From: Oikopleura dioica | Lineage: Eukaryota > Animalia > Chordata | Assembly (NCBI GenBank): GCA_907165135.1 | Contig: OU015566.1 | Location: forward strand, 13,578,001-13,642,000 | Direction: 5' to 3' | DNA length: 64,000 bases | The notes under the pieces: generated by a model | The model's database searches: none | What the model was told of the DNA's origin: nothing | What the model saw: only the letters and a program-made list of their open reading frames with translations | In this document: positions 52,405 to 64,000 of the stretch, one piece after another | Layout: every line of letters begins with the position of its first letter | Position numbering within the stretch: position 1 is the stretch's first letter | Position numbers and translations under genes: made by a program

Positions 52405-53155
52405 TTCTCTAGAATTTTTCTTTTCATTTCAAAGTGCTAAGAACATACAGTAATCGCCTGTTTCTCTCCTGGCTCTCCATGTTTTTGGAAATTTGAAATT
52501 TTGAAAGCTAAAATTGAAGATCAATGAAGTGGGAAAAGCAAGTAGTCGCTCATGGAGAATTCGATTTTACAAGTTTCCCTTTTTACTATAACTGCAAATA
52601 AAGACGCTCTTTCCTACAGTTTTGTGAAAGCAATAGAGCAGTAGGATCGTGTCTTTTTGAAAAGCACAAGAAAAAAAAAGAAGAAGGAGCAAATTAAATT
52701 CGATTTTTTTGTGTTTCTAACACAAGAACGAGCAACCGCGACACGTCAACATTGCTTCTTGTTCAATTTCGCCCGATTCCGAAATTTGATTTTCGCGCTT
52801 GTCAACCGAGCTTGCATTCGCGCGTTTGTGATTTTAGCGAGGTGACTGGGCGACCTGTCCGCATCTACATAACACTTTTCCTTTTAAATCGAACCTTTCA
52901 AAAGGCGAATTTATTAATTTCTTCACCAAAATGGCCAAAAACGGCCCCCTGGACTTGAACAGGTTAAAATTGTTTTTCATTCCAAATCTCATCAAAAGAA
53001 CTCCTCGAAGTTGTTGCTCAAGTGGTGCTTCAGGAAATTTAACAGTAGTAGTGGTGCATTCCTATTATTTATTTTCGACCTTATTTATTATTTTTTCTAT
53101 TTTGTGAAGAGAGATTTTCGTATGCTGAATTGAAGCTGTGTAAAACGCGTAGAAA

Positions 53156-56100
53156 ATGGGATCGGCGCGATTATTTCTCATTTTCACGGCTCTGGCTGCG
53201 GCTTACCCAGATATAGCGATGGTGATAGTCACGGTGCCTCACACGTAACACACGTGACACCAGCACCAAATGCACCTTGCTTTTATTATAGGTTAAGTTC
53301 AGATGAGAAGGCTCAGAAAATGTCTGACAGGCATTTTTTCACGAAATCCAAATTTTGAAATGAAATTTTCTGGTTTAAAAATTGTGAGCACTAAGAAAGA
53401 GACTCCCCTTATTGACAGGCCCGGTCACAAATCATTAACCCTAACCCTAGCTTTGACCCGATTTTTGACCATTGAAAAGAGAAAATGGCGAAGTGATCAT
53501 CAACTGCATTTCCGACTTCCCCGACAGTCCGGAAATGAACACTGCCCCTGGCCCCTTTTCAATCAAAGCCAACGCCGATGGAAATCTGGAAAACCAACTT
53601 GGAACTGAACTCGGCCCGGCGCAGATCTCCGCGTTTATCGGAGCCCAACCTGTTGGCGACAATAATCGTCTGGGAAAACAAATGAGGATGAATCGGGGAA
53701 ACTGGCGCATTGGCGTTTTTGTCTGCTCGAATCCGACTTTAGGAACGAGCGCGACAAATCGAACACCTTTCACTTCATTAGCGCCGCTGAAAAAGGGCTC
53801 GATCGAGCGCGAAATAATAATTCGCATGATCGAAATTTCGAAATTTCGCCGCCCGTGAAATTTTTCACAAGGCAAGATGTGAATTGTAAAGTTGTAGTTT
53901 TCAATATCGGTGATGGATTAGTAATTGTAAGATCCTACTCAATTGAGCGCTAGAAAAAAGATCCGAGGGCAAAAGTGGAAGGAATTGTCATGTCGGAATC
54001 CGCTTCTTTGAGGCCCCTTAGATTTACGCCAAGGTAAAATAAACTCTTGAAATCAAGGAAGAAAACGTGTTCTTCAGACTCCGTCTTGGGGATCCCAGTG
54101 CGATTCTAGAGGTCGAGCTGACTGAAGAAAATTCAAATCGAGATCAAGAAAACATTCGCTGGGGCCACACAATCGTCTGCGATCCCCTTGATACTTCTCC
54201 AACAATGCAGCTTCTTTGCAACTTTCCGATTCCAGAGACGTTCAATCAGGAAGATAGCACTGGATTGACTCACACCATCGATGATGTCGGGACGAGAAGT
54301 GGCGGCCAGTGGATCACTTGGTTTGATGATGAGCGTATTAACGGTCCGATCGATCAAATTTGGGACGAAGCGATCATGGCACCAGTCGTGCAAAAATGCC
54401 CTGAGGGCACGTGGGGACTCCCCAACGGCGTGGACGGCAACGAACTCGCCCCAGGCAGCTGCGAAAACGAATGCCCTCCGTGTCGGAATGGCGGGGTCTG
54501 TAATGAAGATCTCGGAGAATGCGTCTGTCCCCCTGGCTTTACTGGAGAAACATGCGAAGAATTCTGCCCTCAGTTCAGATGGGGGCAGAACTGCGAGCTG
54601 TTTTGTGATCAAAATGCTTTCAACTTTTTCCCATGCCGAGGCAAAGTCTTTTGCTTGTTTCATCCTTATGGCTGCTCTTGTATGACTGGCTTTAGGGGAC
54701 TCGACTGTCGAAGAGGTAAGGAAGTTTTAACCCGCTGATGCAATTTTCCAAAGGCTGTGGCGACGGAACCTTCGGTGCTGATTGCGCGCAAGAATGTCAC
54801 TGTGCCGAGGGCGGTTGCAATTCTCAAACTGGCATTTGCAATCAAGGCAATTGCGCACCTGGCTGGACTGGGCCAAACTGTCAGCAGCCATGCGAAGATG
54901 GATTCTACGGAGAGTTCTGCGCCGAGACTTGTGGATTTTGCGAAGGAGGGGAGCCATGTGATAAAGAAACGGGAGAGTGTCAAGTTTGCGAGATTGGATT
55001 TCAAGCGCGTCTCTGTCAGGTTCGATTTTTCGTTCCGTCAAAATCGAGGTCATTTTCAGGACGAATGTGAGCTCAATTCCTGGGGCCTCCACTGCATCTA
55101 CGAATGCCACTGCGATGGAGATATCCAGTGCGATCAGGCAACAGGCTCTTGCCCTGGAATCTGCGCTGCCGGCTGGTCCGGGCCAAGTTGCAATTCGACC
55201 TGTCCAGCTGGCCAATACGGAAACAATTGCCAAGAGTTCTGCGGCTTTTGCGAAAACGACGAAGGCTGCAGGAATCAGTTTCTTTTCTCCCTTTTTGAAA
55301 TCATGGAAGAGTACATAAATGAAAAACTGAAAAAGTCAAATTGACGGAGCTTGTGAAAGATGCGAAGTTGGATTCCAGCCGCCCCTGTGTGTCGAAGTTT
55401 GCGATTTCGGAAAATGGGGGGACCAATGTGAACAAGACTGCCACTGTGCTGTTGGAGAATGCGACCTGATTACTGGCATTTGTGACAGTAAACTGGGAGG
55501 AAATGAATATGGCTGTGCACCAGGATGGCTCGGAGAAAACTGCCAGGTACGTTGATAGCTCTAGAAAAGACCATAAAATGAATTTTTTGATCGTAAGTTT
55601 ATATTTTCTCAAAATATTAAGTTCAGTTTCTGCGATGGCAGAAATGATAATAGAGTTATTCCAATAAATAGGGCTTGATTGATTGCCCCAATTTTTGCCG
55701 CCCGAAAGCTGGGCTCATACCGTATTTTTACCAAATGGATACTTTGAGTTGTGTCCTAGTGGCATGTGCGTAGAAAAGACCATAATAGCCGTTTTTCGAC
55801 CGCCAATAATTTTTTTCTAGCGATGGTTTTAATCAGTATCCGTGATGACGGAGGTTAACATATGCCGAGTTAGCATATAATGTGTGAAATATGCCGTTTT
55901 TCGTAATTTTTGTCGCCCGAAAGCCGGGCTCGTTTTTACTCAAAATAATTCTAGGAGCCGTGCCCTAGTGGCATGTGCGGGCATAACTGCGAAACTCACT
56001 GCGGTGCTTGTGCTTCTGGAACTTGCGAAACAACCGACTGCTCTTGCAACGGCCCATGTGTTCCTTTATGGAGTGGGGAGTTCTGCGAGATCGGACGTCT

Positions 56101-56614
56101 CTGTCAACCGGGAGTGTCTCCTTGCGTCAACAATGCGACCTGCCGGCAAACTCCTGGGACGGAGATTCGAGAATGCATCTGCGTCTTTCCCTGGGAAGGC
56201 GAGTTCTGCAACCGGGGCGGATGCAAACTTCAGCCTTGCCAGAACTTTGGACGATGCCAGGATCTGGAAGAACTGGACGAATTCGGCAAGGATTACGAAT
56301 GCATTTGCCCGATGAATTACAACGGCACAAACTGCGAATTTTACTCTGGCCCGGCGATTGGAGTTACTCTTGGGATTATTTTCTCGATCTTTGTCACGCT
56401 CTTGGTGATGTCGACGATGACGACGATGATGCTGAGGAGGAGAAATCAAAATTATATTTCGACCTCGATCGGTTTGGGCGAAAAAGGGGAGAGGAATGAG
56501 TTGTTTTTAGGAAACTCGCCAGAAGCGATGAAAAAAGGACGACCGCTGATGATTCCGAGAAATGATGGAATTTTGCTCAGGCTCGTTTTTACTGGAAAAA
56601 TGCTGATCGTGTGA
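53156..56614 (+). CDS. Single-pass receptor: TIE-type Ig-Ig-EGF ectodomain extended by many EGF/laminin-EGF repeats, no kinase
   Basis: Signal exon 53156-53244 (MGSARLFLIFTALAAA), two Ig-like segments, then VVQKCPEGTWG..CPPCRNGGVCNEDLGECVCPPGFTGETCE..GQNC..VFCLFHPYGCSCMTGFRG.DC. MEGF-like repeats, a TM (AIGVTLGIIFSIFVTLLVM) and RRR follow. The tail may extend to about 56900. Confidence 0.85.
55690..55980 (+). repeat. Partial duplication of an intron end / exon start, about 210-215 bp period
   Basis: CGCCCGAAAGC(T/C)GGGCTC and CCTAGTGGCATGTGCG each occur twice (55701/55916 and 55755/55964). Confidence 0.6.
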
Positions 56615-56941
56615 CTTCTGTAAAAACGAACGTAAAGTGATCAAAAGAGCGGGATGCACGATCCTTACCGAAATTCGAATCGAGCATCGCGCTCTAGAAT
56701 TCAACGATTACCGCCAATGTACGATGGAGATCCCGTGGAAGACTTCGAGTGGCATGACAAAGGTTTTACGCGCGAAATTCAAAATGGTTCTTTGAGCGAA
56801 AAATTTAAGCAAAACGAGCTGCGGAAAAAATCGAAAACTCACGCGATCTTGGCGCCCAAAGAATTCGTCAAATCATTGAAAATGAGTTCAACACCTGATT
56901 TTTCTTTGAATAAAAAGCTGTTTGTATATAAAATAATCTGC

Positions 56942-58272
56942 CTATTTATTCATACAGCTCTGAACAAAGTCCATTGAAAGCTCATAAAGTTGATTCTTGA
57001 TCAGATTCAAGTCTTTCGAGCCGCGGATTCGTATCCTTTTCGGCTTGTTGTCAGAGTAGTATTGACCTTGAACAATGTCTTTTGAGCAGATACAGTAAAT
57101 GCTCGTTTGGCAGCCTGAAATATCGATGACTGATGATCAAAGCGGACTTTGAAATACCTTGATAAGGAGTTTTGATGCAGGGTTTCCAGGAAAACGAAAG
57201 AGTTCTTACAAAACATAAATAGCACTTATTTTCAATTCCAGACTTCCATTTGTCAGCAAAACTTGTATTAACGACGCCTAAAAATACATATTTGCTTATT
57301 CAACCGAAAAAATAAATGCCCATCTGATGAATAGTTTGACTATAGTAATCCAGGTACTAAAATTAAATCCCCAGCTTAGAAAATTGGTGTCTATTTTTTT
57401 ACCTGGATGGACGGAGACAAAATTGATGTGGGGGTGATGCTCGGCCATTGATTTCATGTGGAGGATGTTGGCGAGTTTTGATTCTGCGTAAGCACCAGAA
57501 ATGTCGCTTCCGGTTCCGAGTTCTTTAGTCGCGATTTCTTCGGATGCGTATTTTTGCCAGAACTTTCCGGAGCCGTTCGCAAGTGTATGGGCCTGAAATC
57601 GCATTTCTCATGACCTGATTCAGATATATCCAGTAATACCTCGCTGGAAAGGGCGACAACTCTAGCTGGTTCAGATTCTGAGCCAACAAGATGGTCCAAA
57701 AGAAGATGAAGGAGTAGGAAATGCGAGAAATGGTTGATAACTTGGACCGAAAAACGGAACTTGAGAATGAACCTTTGAATATCTTCGATAAAATCAAGGA
57801 AGAGAACTGAATTTTCAAGTCCGACCCTGAGTTGATTCCATAAAGCAATTCTGGTTTGTAATGCGCTAGGCCCGCGTTGAGCACTAGAATGTTGATTCTG
57901 AAGCCCCCTTTGATAAGATTTTTTGCTGCGTTCTTGACAGAATCAACATCGGAGAGGTCAAGTTTGACCAAGTCGATTTCACTGTCGTTCACTTCTTGTT
58001 CGATCATTTTCTTTGCTCTTTCCATTTTCTCCTGAAAATGACTGTAAATCAAAGTAAAGGTTGTTTTATGAGCGGCCTGGGAATGGAAAAAAGACCTGAT
58101 TTCTAGATAGAAGAATCAAATGAGCGCCTCGATGAGCACATTCTAGCGCCGTAGCCAATCCGATTCCATCTGTAGCTCCTGTTATCGCTACAGTCTTTCC
58201 ATCCAGGCGATTTTTACGTTTTCTATCATAATCTTCGATTGGCTTTTTATACAAAAAATACTCAACACTCAA
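56942..58272 (-). CDS. Retinol dehydrogenase 11-14-type SDR (start approximate)
   Basis: [101 protein letters not shown]-stop 56942. Confidence 0.85.
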
Positions 58273-58860
58273 TTTATAAAAGAAAGCCGTTCATGAAGTG
58301 CAACAATTCATCGTATTTCCGGTCTAACTCAGTACTTTTTTCTGACTCTTTCTTTCTCTCGTAAAATCTCTGTTTACGTAATGACGCGTTCTTCCAAGTT
58401 GTGACTCTCGACTTCTAGAATCTGGACCCTCCGTTCTTGCGCAAACTCGTAAGGTCGTTGCCCTGGTGAACTTTTCTCTCGATTCTCCTACCAGAAATCA
58501 ATGGCCGAAAAAAGACAGTTCTGAACTTTAAACGGAGAGAAAGTCAAGTTATCTTTCGTGATCAGTTCATCTTATTGCTAATAAAAAAGTTTATTCTTCT
58601 GAGTCTTTTTTATATTAGGAGGGCGGGAGAGGTTACGGCCTGAAATTACGACTTTAGCTTTCTGGCACCATCTTTATTTAGTTATAGTTACGCATCGCTT
58701 TTTTAATGATAAATCTTTCCTGTCCTCAAATAATTAACTAAAATTAAACATAAAAATAGCCCGTTTTATTCATTTTAGTGCTTATTGCGAAAGGAAAACC
58801 CTTCGTTTTAGTACAGTGAAAACCCAAATATTGGCCGGTTTTTAGATATATATTTCCGAA

Positions 58861-59185
58861 AAAAGCGGCCAAATTTTGGTTTTTTTTGCCGGGTAGCCAA
58901 GTTTTCCCTTCAAAAAGCAAAATTTCGAAATTTTCGAAAATCGGCATGATTTTCACATTTTTGATGAATTTTATTCAAATGTTTGGTTATTTGAAGACAT
59001 AATTATTAGAATTTAATCATTTTAAATGATTAAAACATTTTTAGAAAAGATAAAAATGATCAGAAATGGCGTCATTTGGGCCCGATTCTGATGGAAAATT
59101 TCTTATTTTTGAAAAAGCGGCCAAATTTTGGGTTGATTTCAGGTTCCGAAAAAGCAAATTTAGACAAAAAGCGGCCAAATTTTGG
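58861..59185. repeat. Three copies of AAAAGCGGCCAAATTTTGG in a non-coding segment
   Basis: Identical 19-mers at 58861, 59113 and 59167, possibly internal repeats of a non-autonomous element whose ends I could not define. Confidence 0.55.
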
Positions 59186-59376
59186 GTGGGCGATTTTTGG
59201 GTTTTCACTGTAAAAGGGGGGGGGGGGGTATTTTTCTTAAGGGGGGTTATAAGAACTTTGGGATTATTCAATCCTGGCTTGGTATAATACCGCCGGAAAA
59301 AATATAAATTTTTCGCCTTCGGACAGCCATAACTCACGTTATACTTTATAAAACCAAGTGATGAAGGTATTTATCG

Positions 59377-59531
59377 AAAGCTCAGATTCTGAGGATTGGG
59401 GTAACGTAAAAATCATTTTGTAAAATCGACTTTTCTGATTGGCCGAAAATTTGAAATAATTATTTTTGCCAGTCAACATGAATTTTTTTCAAATGTTTTT
59501 TCTTTCCCCCAATCCTCAGAAGCTAAGCTTT
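59377..59531. mobile_element. Short inverted-repeat element (about 155 bp)
   Basis: AAAGCTCAGATTCTGAGGATTGGGG / CCCCAATCCTCAGAAGCTAAGCTTT. No clear TSD. Confidence 0.65.
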
Positions 59532-60109
59532 TTAAAAATATATAAATCACGTGATTTCATCAGCTGTCACGTGAGATATGGCGGTTCGTAGGAAATTCAT
59601 AAAAATGGTCTCAGAATCGCCCCAGGCGATGAAAAAAGGTTTTTTCCAGGTGATTTCTAGGGTTTAGACAATGACAAAAACGGTCGATATAATGATTTCC
59701 CCCTAGTTGAAATTTTTGTCAAAATCGAAAATTTATATTTTTTCCAACCATTGACGAAAAAAACGCGGCATCTTTTATCACTCATTCTTCGGTTTATGCC
59801 GAAGAATCAGTGTTCTTACACGCATCAATCCTTCGGCCTCCAAGCCGAAGAATTAGGCCGTATCACCATCATGTACAGTCAGGTCTTGCAATTGCGCGAA
59901 CTGCAATTGCGCGGTTTTTGGCAAAAATCCTGAAAATTTTTGCATTTTCCTAAAATGCTTTCTTTGATAGTAAAAAGAAAAGAGGCGAAAAAGGTCAATA
60001 AAATTGTCCCACTTTCAAAAAAAAATTGATGGCTTGCAATAACGTTGTTTTTTGCGAAAATCCCGAAAAATAATACCGCGCATTTGCAAGACCTGACTGT
60101 ATTAAATAT

Positions 60110-61990
60110 CTAAACACAGACATCTGACGAAACTTGCTGAATAACTGGCCATCCATTCCAAGAAGTGGCTGCGATACCTAACAGTTTTGTATTGGTAATT
60201 TGATCTTTGTCAAGGTCGACACGTTGAATTCGCCATGGTTCTGTAGATCCCGAGACCACATAGATAGAGTTTTCGATCATTATTGATGACATTTCTGTGT
60301 CTTTCTACAAAAAATAAATGTGGTTATTCATAATATTAATTATTTTCTAGTGAATGCTGTACCGTAAAGCCTGTACGTACTTCAATAAGATTTCCAATTA
60401 AAGTCCACTTATTGTCGCGCAAAAGCATAATTTCTGATGAACGCAAACTCGAATCACTGTTGGGAAAACCTCCAAGAACCAATAAGTTTCCATTTGGAAG
60501 GCCAACCAAAGAAGCGTAACAAATTGACCTTCAATAACTTGTAAAATAAGACAACGATCCATAAATACTTAGGAAAGCTAGTAAGTGACGACCAACCAGT
60601 CGAAGAAAATGTTTCCACGCTTGTTTGAAAGTCGCCATAGTAAGAACCAACTGACGTTGGTTTTCCATGATAAACCCCAAGATTGCCACCACGATGAGAA
60701 TAATCAGATGAATAAGTGGAGATCGAAGACGATCCATCGAAAATTTCGCATTTTTTATATTCTTCGTCATGAGGGAAGCAAACCAATGCTTTTCTACCGT
60801 TCTCTGTTGTCAAGGCAGCAGATCTATACGATATATTTTGATTTAGTCGGGCTGATTCTTCAACAAATGAGCATCCTTCGAGCCTGGCAATCTTATATTA
60901 TTTGAGTTTGTATAAAAATATGAAGATATCGCGGTACTTTTTTTGAATCAGTTTCTCCACCGAATATGAACATTTTGCCGAGAACAAGAGCATGCTGAAC
61001 GTACTTAAAGTAGTTCTTAGAAGGTTCGCTGATTGTTGCTGCAGTTTTTGTTTCTCCATCACCGGAAAAAAGATAAGCACCACTGTACTCGGAACCGGTG
61101 GGGATGACGAGAATATTGATGTCGCTCTCGAAAAAGATTCTTTATTTTCAAAAATATTAACCTTTACCGGCATTGTCCCTCTTGTAGTTGTTGTCGTCGT
61201 CGATGTAGTTGTTGTCGTTGTTGTTGTTGCTTGAAGCTCATCTATTTGCGACGAAAGTAATTCAATTTGAGCAGTAAGTGACTTAATATGTATTTGCGAA
61301 ATTAATGCATTTGTAAACCTTTTTTTCTTCTTCAAAATTCATATAGGCTTCTTCGGTTGTCTTATCAAACTCATACTTTGCCAGATGCATTTTGCCGTTA
61401 AGAAGATCAATAATTTCATCTTTTTGCTGTGAACCTTCTTGAAGATGTTTAATTTCGGCTTCTTTTTCTGCAAGCTTTGAAACCAAAGAGGAAATTTTCC
61501 TCCCAAGCTTTCCACAACTTGAGCTTGTTAGTGGATTTCGTTCAAGCCTTGTATTAAAATTACATTATTAAAGTAAAATAATTTTTTTTCTTTTACCTCT
61601 GTGCAAAATTGATTTTTCCAAGCAACTCTGCAACTGAAATTTCCATTGATAACAGCAAATTTCTTTAAATATTTTGAGTATTTGCAAGACAAAAATCAGA
61701 CCTGTAATTTTTCAACTGAAGATAAGCATCTTCAGTATTGGAGTTCGAGGATTCTCTCTGAGGCTGACATTTATTAATTTCCGAAGTCAGAGTTCTTCTG
61801 AAAATGGGCTCTCAAATCTCAAACGACAAAAAACATCCTAGGTCTTGAAGAACCCGTTTCTGCACTTGTTGACGCATTCCAAGTCCACACACTCTGCAGA
61901 ACAACGATTGAAAACTCTTTTCGCAATATTTTTACATTCATCAAGGAGTGTTGCAGATCTTGAATCAACGAGAGACTCAACCTGATTGCA
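60110..61990 (-). CDS. Kelch-like propeller family member 3 with Cys-rich, coiled-coil and poly-Thr N-terminal region (5' end approximate)
   Basis: CSAECVDLECVNKC, coiled coil, TTTTTTTTSTTTTTT, ESDINILVIP..YVQHALVLGKMFIFGG, ALVCFPHDEEYKKCEIFDG..LGVYHGKPTSVG, SSIMIENSIYVVSG..IQRVDL..WPVIQQVSSDVCV. Confidence 0.7.
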
Positions 61991-62209
61991 CGTAAATTGA
62001 AGTCCGATTCTTGAAGACTACAATTCTAATGACGATAAATTCAAATTTGCATATTTACAACGTCGGCAACCGTTGCTCTAAGCCTCGTCCATATAATCAC
62101 AAAAAGTGAAAAACACTTCATTTTCGATGAATATTCCTTTTTTCTATCTTGGTCAAAGAAGTAAGTAGAATCAATTTCCGCTGAAGCGCAAAGCCTCTCA
62201 CTTCTCAAA

Positions 62210-63590
62210 ATGGACAGCGAGAAAGTACTCCGAGAAGCGACAAAATTCTTCGAAAGAGATGAAACCGATCCCATCACCACTTTCGCTATCGACGAGTACC
62301 TCACTTCCGTTTCCATTTCTCTTCCAGCGCTAATTCTAGCCGTAGCCATCTTTCTCGGAGGAGATATGTATTCCGTCGACGGACTGCAAGTTTTCAACCC
62401 GAATCGTTATTTCGGATCCTCGCCGCCTTACAAAAGCTATCATTTTGAGACCTGGAATCAAATTCCGTTTTTGAGGAAGTACTGTTGGGCAAAACTCAGG
62501 TGCAGTAATGCAATTAAGTGCAAAAACTAAATGTTAATGCAGTAATATGGAGTGCGGCGTCGAAACAATCCTGGGAAACTGCGAAGAAAGCCAGAATTTA
62601 TGGCATTACGCGATTCTCCCTAAATTTTTATTCCTCATCATTGTTCTCATGTACACCACGAAAATCATCTGGAACACAAATGTCGCCAAAGACCTTGCAA
62701 ATATTCTCAACTTCATCATTGGCGCTACAGAAGAGAGCATAAGAGACTTGGTGGGCGACTTGGCGAAAGAAGCGGAAGTTGAAGACAACGAAGAAAACAA
62801 GAAAAAAGACCCAGCTTTAAAATATCAACAAACCAATCTCATTCTCCACCGACTCAACAATACCAACTCGCTCGCGCTGAAATTCGTTTTTCGCCGACTG
62901 TATTTCATTCTGTAAGAAACAAGACGCCCTTTCGGATTCATTTTTTTAGTCTTGTGGCTGTGGCGGTCTATTTGACGTACTTTTTCTACATCGATCCAGC
63001 TAGAAATCCCGTCGAATTCGAATGCGGCTTGCCAGAATGGCTTCACTTTCAAGATTTTCCAAGTCGACCGACAGATGAAGAGCACAGGAATCTGACTGGA
63101 CTGAAGATAATCAAGACGATTCATGCAGTTTACGAGCCCGTCAATAGAAGAACTATTCTTATGGTCATATTAGGACTTTGTTTTAACTTGAGTTAATCTC
63201 GGTTTTATCGAAAAAATGAAATTTTTTGTTGAACCAGAGCAAGCAATTTTGTACATCATCGTTGGAATAACCGCCGTCGTCTCCTGGCTCGTCGAATCAT
63301 CGGAAAACCAAGGCGCTCATTTGCTCAAAATGCTCCCTGGACTCAAAATTCCACAAGTCAAGCGCTACAGCGACCTGGATTTCATCCTTTTGCTTCTGCA
63401 TACTAATCGCTCTCTCTCTCAGTATCTGAAGCTCTCCTTCGACATCATGATCAGTTCCAATGGCAAAAAGACCCAATCAACCTTCGAGAAGCATCAGAAA
63501 TTCATTTCTTCCTTGAGAGAAATCACCGTCTGGAAAACTACGACGGAAAATGATGATGCGATAGAACAACTGCTCAAGAAAAGAAATTAA
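62210..63590 (+). CDS. Pannexin/innexin-family channel protein
   Basis: Exons 62210-62499, 62543-62911, 62950-about 63162 and about 63241-63590. Four TM segments in pannexin order with motifs SLPALILAVA, KYCWA, LWHYAILPKFLFL..LMY..IIW, NSLALKF..RRL, VYLTYFF..EFEC, LLKMLP, YSDLDF..LL..N. Confidence 0.8.
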
Positions 63591-63632
63591 GAGATTTTAC
63601 GCTTAATTTAATAAATGTTTCATTCAAGCGAG

Positions 63633-63947
63633 TCAGGCTTTGATTTCTGGGCACTCCAGATTCCCTTCGTAGACAATCGGATGCATGACATTGTCCAACG
63701 ACAATTCTCCGCCTGTCAGCAGCGCTCTATTTTCTTCAATTTGCTCTCCATTCCAAATTGTTCGATACGCTGCCTTTCCATATTTTCCTGGGAACATCAT
63801 GATCGTGTTATTGTCCAGCTTTGCCGCGGTAAACCCATACGCTGACTTAGAAAATTCTCCTATTTGCTGCCATTCCAAATTTTGAAAGAGCCAAACTTTA
63901 GAGCGACTCCCAGCTGAGCTTTTATTGGAATCGGCAATTTTTTTCAA
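63633..63947 (-). CDS. C-terminal exon of another Kelch-like propeller family gene (continues beyond window)
   Basis: KVWLFQNLEWQQIGEF..TAAKLDNNTIMMFPG..RTIWNGEQI..HPIVYEGNLEC, the same terminal pattern as members 1-3. Confidence 0.6.
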   Translation of the reverse strand: MKKIADSNKSSAGSRSKVWLFQNLEWQQIGEFSKSAYGFTAAKLDNNTIMMFPGKYGKAAYRTIWNGEQIEENRALLTGGELSLDNVMHPIVYEGNLECPEIKA

Positions 63948-64000
63948 TCAAAAATTCGTTTTGATTCTATCCTTTCTTGCGGAGAATAGTATAACTCCTT

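Noticed and set aside
54133-56449. Long antisense and alternative-frame ORFs over the EGF exons (similarly over the CUB, Pax3/7 and Ala/Glu-rich exons)
   Set aside because: They are shadows of GC-rich real coding exons and contain no independent motifs.
56630-57000. A tyrosine kinase domain for the TIE-like receptor
   Set aside because: No GxGxxG, HRD or DFG motifs in any listed frame, and the opposite-strand RDH gene occupies the sequence from 56942.

Overview
Compact, gene-dense animal genomic DNA with no prokaryotic features. Introns are mostly about 45 nt, several splice only with GA-AG donors, same-strand genes sit 60-190 nt apart with AG acceptors just before the ATG, and many genes belong to lineage-specific families. 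Together this points to the larvacean tunicate Oikopleura (inference). Recognisable genes are WDR37, KLHL8, GPN3, PPME1, an ARF-family GTPase, CDO1, BDH1, a RING protein, Pax3/7, an RDH11-14-type SDR and a pannexin-like channel. Also present are a secreted CUB protein flanked by two paralogous acidic micropeptide genes, a myristoylation-motif acidic protein, a kinase-less TIE-type receptor, and 4-5 members of a Kelch-like propeller family. At least eight unrelated non-autonomous DNA-transposon-like elements are present. The most striking observation is that two hAT-type MITEs with perfect 8-bp target-site duplications sit inside otherwise continuous coding exons (CUB gene, KLHL8). Each can be removed in frame as a non-canonical GG-AG or GA-AG intron leaving +6 nt, which suggests transposons converted into introns. 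All gene models were assembled by hand, so internal splice sites and some ends are approximate.
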